Below, in pieces: positions 1 to 9,666 of a stretch of 64,000 nt of DNA. Origin of the DNA: Escherichia phage vB_EcoM_11B_SA_NWU; the sequence record OR062527; one strand, given 5' to 3'. Under the pieces are notes generated by a model that saw nothing but the letters and a program-made list of their open reading frames with translations, did no database searches and had not been told where the DNA came from. Made by a program: the position numbers and the translations under genes. Positions within the stretch are counted from its first letter, which is position 1; the number at the start of each line of letters is the position of its first letter.

Positions 1-2178
1 TTAGGCCGCAAGGGCCTTCATAGTTTTAGCGATTTGGGAAACTTCATCATCACTTAAAGAGTTGCGATAACCGATGAAGTCGGAAACAATACGGAATTTC
101 TTGGTAAACTCAGCAACCATTTTATCACTGTTTTTTGAAGCATTACGTGATAATTCATCAAAAAGATTAGTTACTGTCCAGATGTCATGACCGATGGTAT
201 CTTTTCCACCGTTGAAATATACACCCTGTAATGAACTAACCATATTAGCGAGTCGTGTATATTCTTCAGAAACTTCATCTACACTGAAGTACTTCATCAT
301 AAAATCTAGTTCAGGATACTTAATAATTTTATCAATATATCGTTTAGCTGAACTTGAATAACCTACATACTTATCATAATCTACATCATCAAAAGCATCT
401 ACATATAAATCACGCAGAGTTTCAAAAATACACTGGCATTGACCAAGTTCTTTTACCTTTTTCTGCAAAAGCGGACGAATAACATAAAATTCATTAATGC
501 CAATAAGATTCGCCATACGAGTCAAAATACTCGTAGATGGATGACAAAGCGATGTAGTACCATCCATAGAGAAAATATCAGAACGATGCATGTATGCTAC
601 ATAACCAGTAATTTCATCTGCTTCTGACGTAAGTGTAAACAATTCCTCTTTTTCCCAGCGACCATCTTTAATTTCAAACTTAAACGCAGTAGCAGCTTTA
701 GGACGAGGAGCTTTACTTTTAACTGCCTTCGGAATATAACTTTTAACTAAATCTTCAATTTCTGACAAATAATGAATGTTAACTTCATCACTTTCAAACA
801 TTGCCATAATATCAGGGAGTAAATCAATCTGCGATTCTACTTCCGGATTAATAAACAGAAGACGCTCATTGTGATGAATATTCAAAGTGTTATTAAATTC
901 ACTATCATCTAATGCACGTGCTAATCCACGGACAATATTAACACGATTTTTAATATTATCAATAACAATATTAATTTTTGTCGTATTAATACCAAACAGA
1001 CGATAACTTGATGCAACGGCTGAAGTTTCATGACTTTGCTTAATGCGTTTCAGTCGAGGGTCAAGATTTACTTCATACACAACTCCTGCATTACATAACT
1101 TACTGTCAGGTTCAAACATGCTCTGCATCTTTTTATATGACAGATTTTTAGTCGTGAATTTGACTGAATTACTAATCATATAATCTCGAGCAGAATACCC
1201 CATCTTCATCAATTCACGATATGTGTGACGGGGAGATGTAGATTCTTTAAATCGTTTTACATCTTCATTAAATGCTTTCTCACTAAGCTCTTTAACTCGT
1301 TCAATAATATTTTTACGAGTACGATCATCCAATGAAAGAGCTTCACGTGATGGAGCAATATCAAGTGAACCCATTGGAAACTTAATGTAATTCACTTCAT
1401 TGCGAATGCTTAGCCAGTTACGGTCTCTAATAACACCATCGATAGGATAAACGATACCGCCGTAGATAGCATATAATCCACCACGATCAGGCCAGTATCT
1501 TTCTGGATTTACACCGTAATAATCATCAAAATCCGGAAAATAATCAATTTCACGGTCAAGACCATTAATAATAGCCAAATCTTTGAACGGTCGCATGATA
1601 TAAGAAACTTCATAAGCAAAGTTTCTAAAGTCTTTTTCTTCAACTGGAACTACGATTTCAATACCAGTTTTATCATTTGGACCCATTTCTTTTACGAATG
1701 TAGGTTTAATTTGTGGACCATCACCATCCATGTAAGCTACATAACCACGAATTTCACCTTTATGATATGAAGTAATACTAAATGTATCAGTATAACTAAA
1801 CGGAGATTTAGAACCTAAACCAAATCCGCCAATGAAATCGTTAGATTCAGCCTTAGATGAACTAAAGTATGAATTATACAACCCAGGAGAATTATCATCG
1901 CCTTGAATATCAAAATCACTCATGCCCGGACCAAAATCTCGGCAAACAAATCGCGGATCTAATCGTCCTGGAACTTGAATGATAAATTTTTCAGGATTTC
2001 CATTGAGAGCATGGGCATCAATCATGTTGGTAATCAATTCACGGACTACTGCGCGAATCTTGTTTGTATACAAATCAGATGACAGAATTTTAAATACTTT
2101 AGGAGATGCTGTGATGCTAAATGCTTTTGATTTAGAACCATTACCAAGAATTGTTTCTTTTTCGGTGGTGATAATCAT
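1..2178 (-). CDS. rIIA: rIIA protein (725 aa; stop codon at positions 1-3)
   Basis: 725-aa minus-strand ORF; length and N-terminus [14 protein letters not shown] match T4 rIIA as recalled; first gene of the T4 map. Confidence 0.9.
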   Translation of the reverse strand: MIITTEKETILGNGSKSKAFSITASPKVFKILSSDLYTNKIRAVVRELITNMIDAHALNGNPEKFIIQVPGRLDPRFVCRDFGPGMSDFDIQGDDNSPGLYNSYFSSSKAESNDFIGGFGLGSKSPFSYTDTFSITSYHKGEIRGYVAYMDGDGPQIKPTFVKEMGPNDKTGIEIVVPVEEKDFRNFAYEVSYIMRPFKDLAIINGLDREIDYFPDFDDYYGVNPERYWPDRGGLYAIYGGIVYPIDGVIRDRNWLSIRNEVNYIKFPMGSLDIAPSREALSLDDRTRKNIIERVKELSEKAFNEDVKRFKESTSPRHTYRELMKMGYSARDYMISNSVKFTTKNLSYKKMQSMFEPDSKLCNAGVVYEVNLDPRLKRIKQSHETSAVASSYRLFGINTTKINIVIDNIKNRVNIVRGLARALDDSEFNNTLNIHHNERLLFINPEVESQIDLLPDIMAMFESDEVNIHYLSEIEDLVKSYIPKAVKSKAPRPKAATAFKFEIKDGRWEKEELFTLTSEADEITGYVAYMHRSDIFSMDGTTSLCHPSTSILTRMANLIGINEFYVIRPLLQKKVKELGQCQCIFETLRDLYVDAFDDVDYDKYVGYSSSAKRYIDKIIKYPELDFMMKYFSVDEVSEEYTRLANMVSSLQGVYFNGGKDTIGHDIWTVTNLFDELSRNASKNSDKMVAEFTKKFRIVSDFIGYRNSLSDDEVSQIAKTMKALAA

Positions 2179-2188
2179 AATTTCCTCA

Positions 2189-2392
2189 TTAATTCATATT
2201 ACGCTTAATAACTTCAGCAACTTCTAGTAGTTCATCTTTAGTTGCGGTATCGGATTGAATTTTATCTCTAATATCCTTAAAGCGGTTTTTAAATTCTTCT
2301 GCTTCTCCCATATCGAAAAAGCGTTGAATGATTCTATATTCTCGATGAACTGCTTTATCAAAAAGTTCTAAATTTACTCTATATGATTTCAT
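2189..2392 (-). CDS. rIIA.1-like small protein (67 aa)
   Basis: Small ORF immediately upstream of rIIA on the same strand; early promoter just upstream. Confidence 0.6.
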   Translation of the reverse strand: MKSYRVNLELFDKAVHREYRIIQRFFDMGEAEEFKNRFKDIRDKIQSDTATKDELLEVAEVIKRNMN

Positions 2393-2416
2393 TTCAATAT
2401 CCTCATTTGCCCAATT

Positions 2417-2448
2417 AATTGTACCACATCCTTGTGGTAAAGTAAACT
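2417..2448 (-). promoter_or_regulatory. T4-type early promoter (GTTTAC, 17 bp, TGgTACAAT)
   Basis: Minus strand reads GTTTACTTTACCACAAGGATGTGGTACAAT; upstream of rIIA.1. Confidence 0.55.
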
Positions 2449-4267
2449 ACTGGCTCATCCATTCTTTACGAAGGTCAGCATTATCTCCCATGAGCATTTC
2501 AAAAAGTTCTTTCCAATTCTCAGGAAGTTTAACAACATCATATACTGGATTTTGAATCATTTCACGGTATTCAGATTTTTCCAAAGAGCCAAGTCCTTTA
2601 ATATAACGGATGCTATGTTTAGGTAGAGCATCTTTGGCACTCTCATATTCAGCGACTGTATAAAACCATTCTTGTTTTTTACCAACCTGAGCGATGATTA
2701 CAGGAGTTTTGACGAAGCGAATTCTTCCTTGTTCAAACAGTTCTGGCCAATTACTAAAAAATCCGAGCAGAGAAGGATAAATGCTTCCTAGACCATCGTG
2801 GTCAGCATCGGTCATAATAGCAATATTATGATAATTCAAGTTTTCGGCTTTTTCACCAAGAACTAATCCAGTGATTGCGCAAATATCAAACAGTTCTTTA
2901 TTTTTAAGCATATCAGCATATGACATACCCCAACTGTTGAGAACTTTACCACGTAATGGATAACCACCATGAAGTTCTTTATCACGAACATCAATAAGAT
3001 ATCCGATAGCAGAATCACCCTCAGTTAAGAACAATGTAGTATCAGCATCTTTACCGCAAAGATTCGCTTTAATGTGTTTATGAACCTTAGCTTTAGAAGC
3101 TTTTTTAGCTGCTTTAGTTTCTGCTGCTTTTTCTGCCGCCAATTTACGAGCCAAGGCAGCTTCAATAATTGGCATTAAAATTGCTTCATTATTTAAAATA
3201 GCGCGTGAAATCTTTTTAGCATCAAGCTGAATATGACTACGAATTTCACCAAATGGAGAAGTCAAACGCTCTTTAGTTTGAGAATCAAATCGCATGTTTT
3301 TCATATCACGAACAAACATGACGATAGTCAAACATTCTTTAACACGTGCTTTAGTTACATCAATTTTGAACTTACGTTTGATTTGTGGAATAAGGTCTTC
3401 ACAAATATCATCCATAACACAGTCAATGTGATGACCACCATTCTTAGTATGAATGTTATTGACGTATGTTAATTGACGAAAACCATCCGGTGAACGACCA
3501 ACCGCAATAGAACAATTTTCTTGCTCTTGAACGATAGCATGTTCATCATATTGGCGTGCATATTTCTTAAAATTACCCTGAACTTTTTTACCATTAAAGG
3601 TAAATTGAATATCAGGATAAACAACAGCAAGTGTCTGGAGACGATCTAATGTAATGTCAAGATAAACCTGAGATAGCTCATTAGTTTCAAATGACATAAA
3701 ATCGGGAATGAAAGTAACACGAGTTCCTTTCCATTTTCCTGGAATAGTTTCCCATGATTTATTTTCCATGCCATTTGAACAACGAACTACAATATTATTT
3801 TGACCATCGCCAGTTTCACCAACAAACATCACAGAAAAAATGTTTGTCAAACTAGAACCAACACCATTCATACCACCAGTGACGCGTTCTTTATCATCAC
3901 CAAAGTTACCACCAGCTTTTGGAATAGTCCAGGCAGCAACAGGACCAGGAATTTCTTCACCAGTAGGTGTTTTAACCATCGCTTGTGGAATTCCGCGACC
4001 GTTATCTTCAACTGTTACTTGATTGTTTTTAATAGTAACATTAATTTTATTTGCGAATTTAAACTTAGTACGAATACCTTCATCTACTGAGTTATCGATA
4101 ATTTCATCAATAAGCTTAACAAGACCAGGTACATACTGAACACTTTCCCATTTACCAAACAGAAAGCGCTCATGCGTTTCATTAGCTGAAGAGCCAATAT
4201 ACATGCCGCTACGCTTTTTGATATGTTCAATATCGCTCAGAATTTTAATTTCATTCTTAATCATCAC
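2447..4267 (-). CDS. 39: DNA topoisomerase II large subunit, single uninterrupted ORF covering T4 gp39 plus gp60 regions (606 aa)
   Basis: GyrB-like ATPase N-terminus and Toprim-like C-terminus (TDADHDG) in one reading frame; no mobA insertion and no bypass gap. Confidence 0.9.
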   Translation of the reverse strand: MMIKNEIKILSDIEHIKKRSGMYIGSSANETHERFLFGKWESVQYVPGLVKLIDEIIDNSVDEGIRTKFKFANKINVTIKNNQVTVEDNGRGIPQAMVKTPTGEEIPGPVAAWTIPKAGGNFGDDKERVTGGMNGVGSSLTNIFSVMFVGETGDGQNNIVVRCSNGMENKSWETIPGKWKGTRVTFIPDFMSFETNELSQVYLDITLDRLQTLAVVYPDIQFTFNGKKVQGNFKKYARQYDEHAIVQEQENCSIAVGRSPDGFRQLTYVNNIHTKNGGHHIDCVMDDICEDLIPQIKRKFKIDVTKARVKECLTIVMFVRDMKNMRFDSQTKERLTSPFGEIRSHIQLDAKKISRAILNNEAILMPIIEAALARKLAAEKAAETKAAKKASKAKVHKHIKANLCGKDADTTLFLTEGDSAIGYLIDVRDKELHGGYPLRGKVLNSWGMSYADMLKNKELFDICAITGLVLGEKAENLNYHNIAIMTDADHDGLGSIYPSLLGFFSNWPELFEQGRIRFVKTPVIIAQVGKKQEWFYTVAEYESAKDALPKHSIRYIKGLGSLEKSEYREMIQNPVYDVVKLPENWKELFEMLMGDNADLRKEWMSQ

Positions 4268-4319
4268 TTATCCTCGTTTGGTTTCGGGAATATTATACTC
4301 CGGTAATCATAAAGCTAAA

Positions 4320-4339
4320 GGCCCGAAGGCCTTTTATTT
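4320..4339 (-). other. intercistronic UUCG-tetraloop hairpin (GGCC-UUCG-GGCC on the transcript)
   Basis: Directly after the lipoprotein stop and about 50 nt before the gene 39 ATG; T-run on the plus side. Confidence 0.5.
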
Positions 4340-4603
4340 AAAACGGATAGTCGAATCCTTGAAGAATAGACCAGAACATACTGTTCCTTCTACTTTCTGC
4401 CCGGTAGGTCCAATAGCACGAAATCCAGTATGTTGGAAATCATTTTCAGAGCAACCGAACCAATTATATCCAGTGATTTCAATATTCGTAAAACCACTTG
4501 AAGACAAAACTCTAGTTGCGTTATCAACATCAGTACATCCTGCTAAAGACACCACTAATACTAATGCTGCGATAGAACGATTAATATATTTCATAGTTTT
4601 CAC
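4334..4603 (-). CDS. small lipoprotein (89 aa)
   Basis: Signal peptide with lipobox LAGC; start overlaps upstream stop. Confidence 0.6.
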   Translation of the reverse strand: MKTMKYINRSIAALVLVVSLAGCTDVDNATRVLSSSGFTNIEITGYNWFGCSENDFQHTGFRAIGPTGQKVEGTVCSGLFFKDSTIRFK

Positions 4604-4974
4604 TTAAATTTAATGGCTTGAAGAAGACTGATAATTCTCAAGCGACTTCCTTCATCTTTAACTGTAAAAGAAAGAGGGTCACCAGATTTCATAGTGATAG
4701 TGCATTCAAAATCAAAATTTTCGGAAACTTCTTCGAAGAAGTCAAATTCTTCATCATAAATTAGAACTTCACTCCGCAGACTGTGAAGAATTTTTCCAGC
4801 ATTTCTGCTAGTTGCTGTACTAATCATTGTAACGTTATTACCTTTCATATCTTCAACGATAAATTCGCTTGTAGATATTACGGCATTAATAGAACCATTC
4901 CTATTACTAGCAGAAAGTAGATATTTCTTTTCTTCGCCTTCGCGAATACGATATTTCTTACCGATTTTAAACAT
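4600..4974 (-). CDS. hypothetical protein (124 aa)
   Basis: Minus-strand ORF tiling between neighbours; ATG adjacent to upstream stop. Confidence 0.55.
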   Translation of the reverse strand: MFKIGKKYRIREGEEKKYLLSASNRNGSINAVISTSEFIVEDMKGNNVTMISTATSRNAGKILHSLRSEVLIYDEEFDFFEEVSENFDFECTITMKSGDPLSFTVKDEGSRLRIISLLQAIKFK

Positions 4975-4976
4975 AA

Positions 4977-5153
4977 TTACCCTTTAAGTAAGTCGTAAAA
5001 TCCACCATTCACATGCTTAGGAGCAGAAGTCCGACGAGTAGACAAACGATGGCATTTAGGGCAAACATCATTTTCTCGTTCAGAAATCTTTTTAATTTTT
5101 TCATATTCATGCCCGCAATCTTCGGATTGGCATTTATAATCATACATTGGCAT
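4977..5153 (-). CDS. zinc-ribbon protein, FmdB-like (58 aa, below the ORF-track cut-off)
   Basis: Hand-translated MPMYDYKCQSEDCGHEYE...CPKCH with two CxxC pairs; AAGGAA Shine-Dalgarno 6 nt upstream of ATG. Confidence 0.5.
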   Translation of the reverse strand: MPMYDYKCQSEDCGHEYEKIKKISERENDVCPKCHRLSTRRTSAPKHVNGGFYDLLKG

Positions 5154-5155
5154 AA

Positions 5156-5581
5156 TTATTCCTTAAAATGTGCTTTCAGCATCTGATACAAAGACCATGC
5201 CTGTTCATTATTTTCAATAGTAACTTTCATGACCGGGAATTCTGTGAAATCTTCTATTTGTTCTTGCTCTTTCTCTTCCTGCTCTTGCTCTTCGGCTGCC
5301 TGGTATGGATTTTCCACTTCATCAAAGAACGCAGCTTCACTCGTTGAAAGCCAGATAAAATCTTCATCCAAAATATCTTTACCAGAAGATAACGCCAATT
5401 TTCCACTAGATGTCACAATTTTAGTAGGACGACCAAGATAGTCAATATCTGTAACTCTAAAAGGTTCCATACCAAGACGACGTGCATAAATTCCATTTTC
5501 AGTATGGTCCTTGATAAAATTTTCTTGAGCTTGTTTATTTTTAAATTGATACCATTTATTAACTTCAAATTTAGTAGCCAT
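5156..5581 (-). CDS. goF-like protein by position and length (141 aa)
   Basis: Synteny with the T4 39-goF-cef interval; 141 aa; acidic C-terminal tail. Confidence 0.5.
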   Translation of the reverse strand: MATKFEVNKWYQFKNKQAQENFIKDHTENGIYARRLGMEPFRVTDIDYLGRPTKIVTSSGKLALSSGKDILDEDFIWLSTSEAAFFDEVENPYQAAEEQEQEEKEQEQIEDFTEFPVMKVTIENNEQAWSLYQMLKAHFKE

Positions 5582-5796
5582 TAATAAGTTTCCTTCCAGT
5601 AAGTTGTGCCATCTTCAGTAATTTCACGGAATACACCATAAATTGGTTGTTTATCACCGACTTTCTCATACACATAAACTGAAGTCAGGTGAGTAAACTT
5701 AACGGTATGTTCCTTTTGAACCACTACCAAATCTGGATCAAATAATACATCTTCAAATTCGTCATTAGTGCAATTCTGAACAATTTTACGTTTCAT
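5581..5796 (-). CDS. cef-like small protein by position (71 aa)
   Basis: 71-aa ORF in the T4 cef position; stop overlaps downstream start. Confidence 0.45.
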   Translation of the reverse strand: MKRKIVQNCTNDEFEDVLFDPDLVVVQKEHTVKFTHLTSVYVYEKVGDKQPIYGVFREITEDGTTYWKETY

Positions 5797-5809
5797 TACA
5801 ATTTCCTCA

Positions 5810-6091
5810 TTAATTGAACAGTGGAGCGATGCGTTTCAGAAGAGTATCAGCACCTTTAGCGAATTTTACATCATGAAAAACAGTTTCTTCTTCCGTTACA
5901 ACACGAGCTTTAATGTTTTCACAATCCCAATTTTTGCGAACAATCTTCAAAAGCTGCAGTAAATCTTTACATTCAGCAATATCGATAACACATCCACGAG
6001 AATCTTCCATTATCGCACGATAACCGTAAGCCATACCATAATCGTTGAAAGATTGCTCGATGATAATTAAGTTTTCCATTTTATTCTCCAA
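5810..6091 (-). CDS. hypothetical protein (93 aa)
   Basis: Minus-strand ORF; candidate promoter/hairpin region immediately upstream. Confidence 0.55.
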   Translation of the reverse strand: MENKMENLIIIEQSFNDYGMAYGYRAIMEDSRGCVIDIAECKDLLQLLKIVRKNWDCENIKARVVTEEETVFHDVKFAKGADTLLKRIAPLFN

Positions 6092-6103
6092 GTTGTTTTC
6101 TGT

Positions 6104-6146
6104 ATCAGTAGTTGATATTGATATAGTACCATAATCAACTACTGAT
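6104..6146 (-). promoter_or_regulatory. 13-bp perfect inverted repeat flanking a -10-like TGGTACTATAT loop
   Basis: ATCAGTAGTTGAT (17 bp) ATCAACTACTGAT in the intergenic gap. Confidence 0.5.
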
Positions 6147-6186
6147 GTATATAGTTTTATGAAAAAATTTTAAACTTTATGCAAAT

Positions 6187-6606
6187 TTATGCTAAAGCTG
6201 CTTCGCACCATTTTTTAATTTGGAATTCAGGAACTACCATGAACTGGCCTGCAAAAACAATATTGTAGAGCTTGACACCATCTTCTACCCAACGGTCCGA
6301 AATAAAACCAGCGACTTGATTCGTTGTCCATGGAGTTCCATCTGTTGCCGCCGCAATTGTGAATTTATGGTCTTTTACAACTAAAACTGAAGAACAAAGT
6401 TTCCATTTAAATGCGCTTTCTTCTGGCTCAATGAACTGACTTGAGACATAACCAATGTTACCATCAGCGTCACGAACTTTAACCTCGTTACGACCAAAAA
6501 CTGGATCACTTACAGAAAGAACTTCAACCAGCTTTCCTGCAACTTTAGAACGAGAAGCAACGGATACATATACGTAATCACCAGTAGAGAGATTTACAAT
6601 ATTCAT
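6187..6606 (-). CDS. tandem paralog 1 of 3 (139 aa), MotB-region family
   Basis: Shares C-terminal motif GFIxDxW(V/I)EDGxxLYN(I/V)VFxGxF with the next two ORFs. Confidence 0.6.
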   Translation of the reverse strand: MNIVNLSTGDYVYVSVASRSKVAGKLVEVLSVSDPVFGRNEVKVRDADGNIGYVSSQFIEPEESAFKWKLCSSVLVVKDHKFTIAAATDGTPWTTNQVAGFISDRWVEDGVKLYNIVFAGQFMVVPEFQIKKWCEAALA

Positions 6607-6615
6607 AATAATTCC

Positions 6616-7089
6616 TTAAGCTTTACGAGGAGAAGCATAACGAGTGATTTCAGATTCTTCAACAACCCGGAAGTCACCTAAAAATACAATATTGTATAGC
6701 TTTTTACCGTCTTCAATCCATTGGTCTGTGATGAAGCCACACATCCTATCAGTTTTACTTGGACCAGCGAAATCATCAATATAATCGAATTCTTCATCAG
6801 TTACAAATTCAACGCCTTTGCACAACGCCCATTTAAATTGTGCATTAGACTCAGTGGATTCAACATCTTCAACAGAAGCAAAATGAGAGCTAACACGAGT
6901 TTCCAGAAATTTAGGACTTACGTAAGCGTACTGAGTTTCAGTTTTTCCAGAACTAGGAATGATTCGAACTTTAATTTCTTTAACACGACCAGTACCATTA
7001 GTACGAAGTCCTACCACTTCAACTAGACGACCTGCAGCTTTAGAACGAGATGCAGACGATACACGCTTAATTTCACCGATAGTAATCAT
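6616..7089 (-). CDS. tandem paralog 2 of 3 (157 aa)
   Basis: Same conserved C-terminal motif (GFITDQWIEDGKKLYNIVF). Confidence 0.6.
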   Translation of the reverse strand: MITIGEIKRVSSASRSKAAGRLVEVVGLRTNGTGRVKEIKVRIIPSSGKTETQYAYVSPKFLETRVSSHFASVEDVESTESNAQFKWALCKGVEFVTDEEFDYIDDFAGPSKTDRMCGFITDQWIEDGKKLYNIVFLGDFRVVEESEITRYASPRKA

Positions 7090-7128
7090 AATTTTTCTCT
7101 CTTGGTTAATAAGATTTATTCTCCATGA

Positions 7129-7161
7129 GAGCCATTATAACAGGCTCTCTATAAAGTAAAC
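7129..7161 (-). promoter_or_regulatory. T4-type early promoter (GTTTAC, TATAAT)
   Basis: Minus strand GTTTACTTTATAGAGAGCCTGTTATAATGG; -10 lies between GAGAGCC/GGCTCTC inverted repeats. Confidence 0.55.
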
Positions 7162-7671
7162 TTAATTAAGGATATTAATTACTGCACTGCGTGGAACTAC
7201 ACTAAAATCACCTGCATGAACAACGTTCAGAAGTTCAACACCATCTTCAAGCCACTGATCAGTTACCCAACCACTTACTGGACCAGCAAATGGTCGACGA
7301 ATTGAAACAGCTTTACACAACAAGTCAGTAGGCTCGATAGGCTTAACCAGAGTACCGTACATGCAAGCAATGTCCATATCAAAGTGGAGACCAGTGCTAA
7401 CAGGTGCTTCTTCAATCAACAATTCGAAATCTTGTTCTGTAATATAGACCGTAGATATTGTACCATATAAGTTTTTAATTCTTAAGAATGATACAGATGG
7501 AGCTGTGGCAGTTGATGCAAAAATAGGACCAGCATTTACAATAGTGAAACCTTTACCTTGGGTAACACCAATAAGCTCGCAAAACTTACTATAAGAACCA
7601 TTATTTGCTTCAAACCAGTTTACTTGCTTTTCGTCTTTCAGGATGTAAGTAGCTGTAGTACTGATATTCAT
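7162..7671 (-). CDS. tandem paralog 3 of 3 (169 aa)
   Basis: Same C-terminal motif (GWVTDQWLEDGVELLNVVH); early promoter just downstream at 7129-7161. Confidence 0.6.
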   Translation of the reverse strand: MNISTTATYILKDEKQVNWFEANNGSYSKFCELIGVTQGKGFTIVNAGPIFASTATAPSVSFLRIKNLYGTISTVYITEQDFELLIEEAPVSTGLHFDMDIACMYGTLVKPIEPTDLLCKAVSIRRPFAGPVSGWVTDQWLEDGVELLNVVHAGDFSVVPRSAVINILN

Positions 7672-7683
7672 GATGTTTTCCCC

Positions 7684-8187
7684 TTAATCTAAGGTAATAA
7701 AGCCTTTTAATTCGGCATGTGACTTGCGGAACATTACTTGGTGACCGCCAATGATAACTTGGTCATCAGGTACTTCGTATACAGCGAGATAAAATCCTTT
7801 AGAAGCTAATTCTTCACGCTCTTCTCGTGTGAACCATCTCATCATATCATATTCACTAACAAAAGCAAAATGATAAAGAGCTATAAACCATCCTGGAATA
7901 TAGTGATCTACGCCTACATATTCTTCTTTCTCAAATTTAGTGTTAATTGCTATATTAGCATTTTTAACTAATAATTTGTCTTCATGCGGCACAGGAATTC
8001 TTTTATTATCATTACTATGATGCATAAAATTAGGTCTGTCATAACCTACGTGTAATAACCACTCTTCGCTCCATGAATCTATTATACTCCTGTATGGCGT
8101 TATTTGAACACAAAGATCTCGACGTATTGTTATAGCATCTTCATAATTAAGAATACTAAATGATGATTCAACACGATAAATTTTCAT
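7684..8187 (-). CDS. hypothetical protein (167 aa; start moved to internal Met)
   Basis: The first 13 codons of the track ORF run through the early promoter at 8212-8244; internal ATG at 8187 has a GAGGA Shine-Dalgarno. Confidence 0.5.
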   Translation of the reverse strand: MKIYRVESSFSILNYEDAITIRRDLCVQITPYRSIIDSWSEEWLLHVGYDRPNFMHHSNDNKRIPVPHEDKLLVKNANIAINTKFEKEEYVGVDHYIPGWFIALYHFAFVSEYDMMRWFTREEREELASKGFYLAVYEVPDDQVIIGGHQVMFRKSHAELKGFITLD

Positions 8188-8211
8188 TTTATTATCCTCA
8201 GTAGCTATGGT

Positions 8212-8244
8212 GTTATAGTACCACAACTAACCGAGGAAGTAAAC
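8212..8244 (-). promoter_or_regulatory. T4-type early promoter
   Basis: GTTTAC, 17 bp spacer, TGGTACTAT. Confidence 0.55.
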
Positions 8245-8249
8245 AACTT

Positions 8250-8933
8250 TTATCGTTTTGTTGGAAGAGACAGAGGATCGCATTCTTCCTCTGACGGAGC
8301 GTCTTCTAGACCCATAGCATAGCGCAAAGCATACTTCATCATCAGGATGTCTTTCGCACAGTCATGAATAGAATCATGCGCAACGAATCCATCTAAAGTT
8401 CCTTTTGGAAGAGGACACGTGGTCATATCACGAACAAGGAGAAGTGCTTCAATTCTGGTACGAATATCACGCTGATTCCAGAATTTACACGGTTCTAACT
8501 TAAATGTATCAAGCTCATTCTCGGAAACGCCGTTAAGACGTTGAATATCGCGAATGAGATCGACTAAAATTGGAAAATCAAACGACATTCCACGGCACCA
8601 GCCTTGAGATTTCCAAGGATCGATATTATGCGCATTGATGTAATCATTAAATTTTGCAATACCATCGATAGTGCTTACATCTTCATCTGATGGCGCAATA
8701 TTTTTTCGAGCTTCAGAAGATTGATTCTTCCACCATTCGATAGTGCTTTTAGTAAAAAGACGATGTCCTTTTTGGCTTTTTAAATCAAATTTGATTTTAA
8801 TGCCACGTGAAACTAATTCATCAAATGTTTCAACGACTTCTGGATTAGGGTCAAAAGCAATTACAGCCAAATCAATAACAGCTGCTTTTTCACCGCTTCC
8901 CATTGTTTCAAAATCTATAATAAAATCAAACAT
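8250..8933 (-). CDS. dexA: exonuclease A (227 aa), DEDD 3'-5' exonuclease
   Basis: N-terminal IIDFETMG exonuclease motif; length 227 aa as in T4 DexA; synteny. Confidence 0.85.
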   Translation of the reverse strand: MFDFIIDFETMGSGEKAAVIDLAVIAFDPNPEVVETFDELVSRGIKIKFDLKSQKGHRLFTKSTIEWWKNQSSEARKNIAPSDEDVSTIDGIAKFNDYINAHNIDPWKSQGWCRGMSFDFPILVDLIRDIQRLNGVSENELDTFKLEPCKFWNQRDIRTRIEALLLVRDMTTCPLPKGTLDGFVAHDSIHDCAKDILMMKYALRYAMGLEDAPSEEECDPLSLPTKR

Positions 8934-9175
8934 TAAATTTTCCTTGCTAAATCGCGAATTTGACCTACAATATAATCTTGGATATAAACTTTATTAATAG
9001 GCTCATCAATAAATTTTGCCATAGATTCAATATCTTTTTGTATCTCTTCAAGACTGTATACTATCTTTAAAGCCTTTTCGCGAACAGTAACATTATCAGG
9101 TCCTGAATTTTCTTCAATGACAACTTTAACATTTGCCATAAGAGATTTAAACTGATACCAACTTAATTCAATCAT
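8933..9175 (-). CDS. small protein (about 80 aa), dexA.x-like
   Basis: Internal ATG overlaps the upstream stop in an ATGATTGA arrangement. Confidence 0.45.
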   Translation of the reverse strand: MIELSWYQFKSLMANVKVVIEENSGPDNVTVREKALKIVYSLEEIQKDIESMAKFIDEPINKVYIQDYIVGQIRDLARKI

Positions 9176-9428
9176 TAATAACCGCCTTATAAAGATGGTT
9201 AATTTCACCCAAAATATAATCACTGATTGTGACAGTTTTCACTTCGCCGCAAAAGAATTCTAACGCAATCAAATCTCGTTCAATTTCTTCCAATTGAAGC
9301 ATCAACTTGCCCGATTTAATTTTTACATTTGTACGATTTTTACTATAAGCTATTTCATAAATTTCGCTCACTTTATCTTGAAGTAGATAAAACTGATCTT
9401 TAGTTATTTCCACGAATAGCTTCCTCAA
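9168..9428 (-). CDS. small protein (86 aa)
   Basis: Minus-strand ORF tiling between dexA and dda. Confidence 0.5.
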   Translation of the reverse strand: MRKLFVEITKDQFYLLQDKVSEIYEIAYSKNRTNVKIKSGKLMLQLEEIERDLIALEFFCGEVKTVTISDYILGEINHLYKAVIND

Positions 9429-9660
9429 ATTTAATTAGTAATTTACAAACACTTTCATCTAGTGTAATTACCGTATCTGTATTACTATGATATGATTGTT
9501 TTTCAATTCGTTTAATTGCTAGTATAGTATCACTTATAAGATAAAGCTTATTAAGGAGCTCAGCTCCTGTTACCATAACATTAAGATTATCTTGCTTATT
9601 AGTATGCTTCCTTATACCATCTATTAGACGATTTAAATATTTTGAATTGATGTTAATCAT
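9400..9660 (-). CDS. small protein (86 aa)
   Basis: Minus-strand ORF tiling between dexA and dda. Confidence 0.5.
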   Translation of the reverse strand: MININSKYLNRLIDGIRKHTNKQDNLNVMVTGAELLNKLYLISDTILAIKRIEKQSYHSNTDTVITLDESVCKLLIKFEEAIRGNN

Positions 9661-9666
9661 ATAGCC

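Noticed and set aside
439-627. Plus-strand ORFs of 60-138 aa embedded antisense in well-supported minus-strand genes (for example 439-627, 3233-3472, 4203-4607, 26647-26976, 30337-30753, 61604-61993)
   Set aside because: They overlap conserved genes on the opposite strand, lack ribosome-binding sites, and are expected by chance in AT-rich DNA. Only the non-overlapping plus-strand ORF at 16599-16799 was kept.
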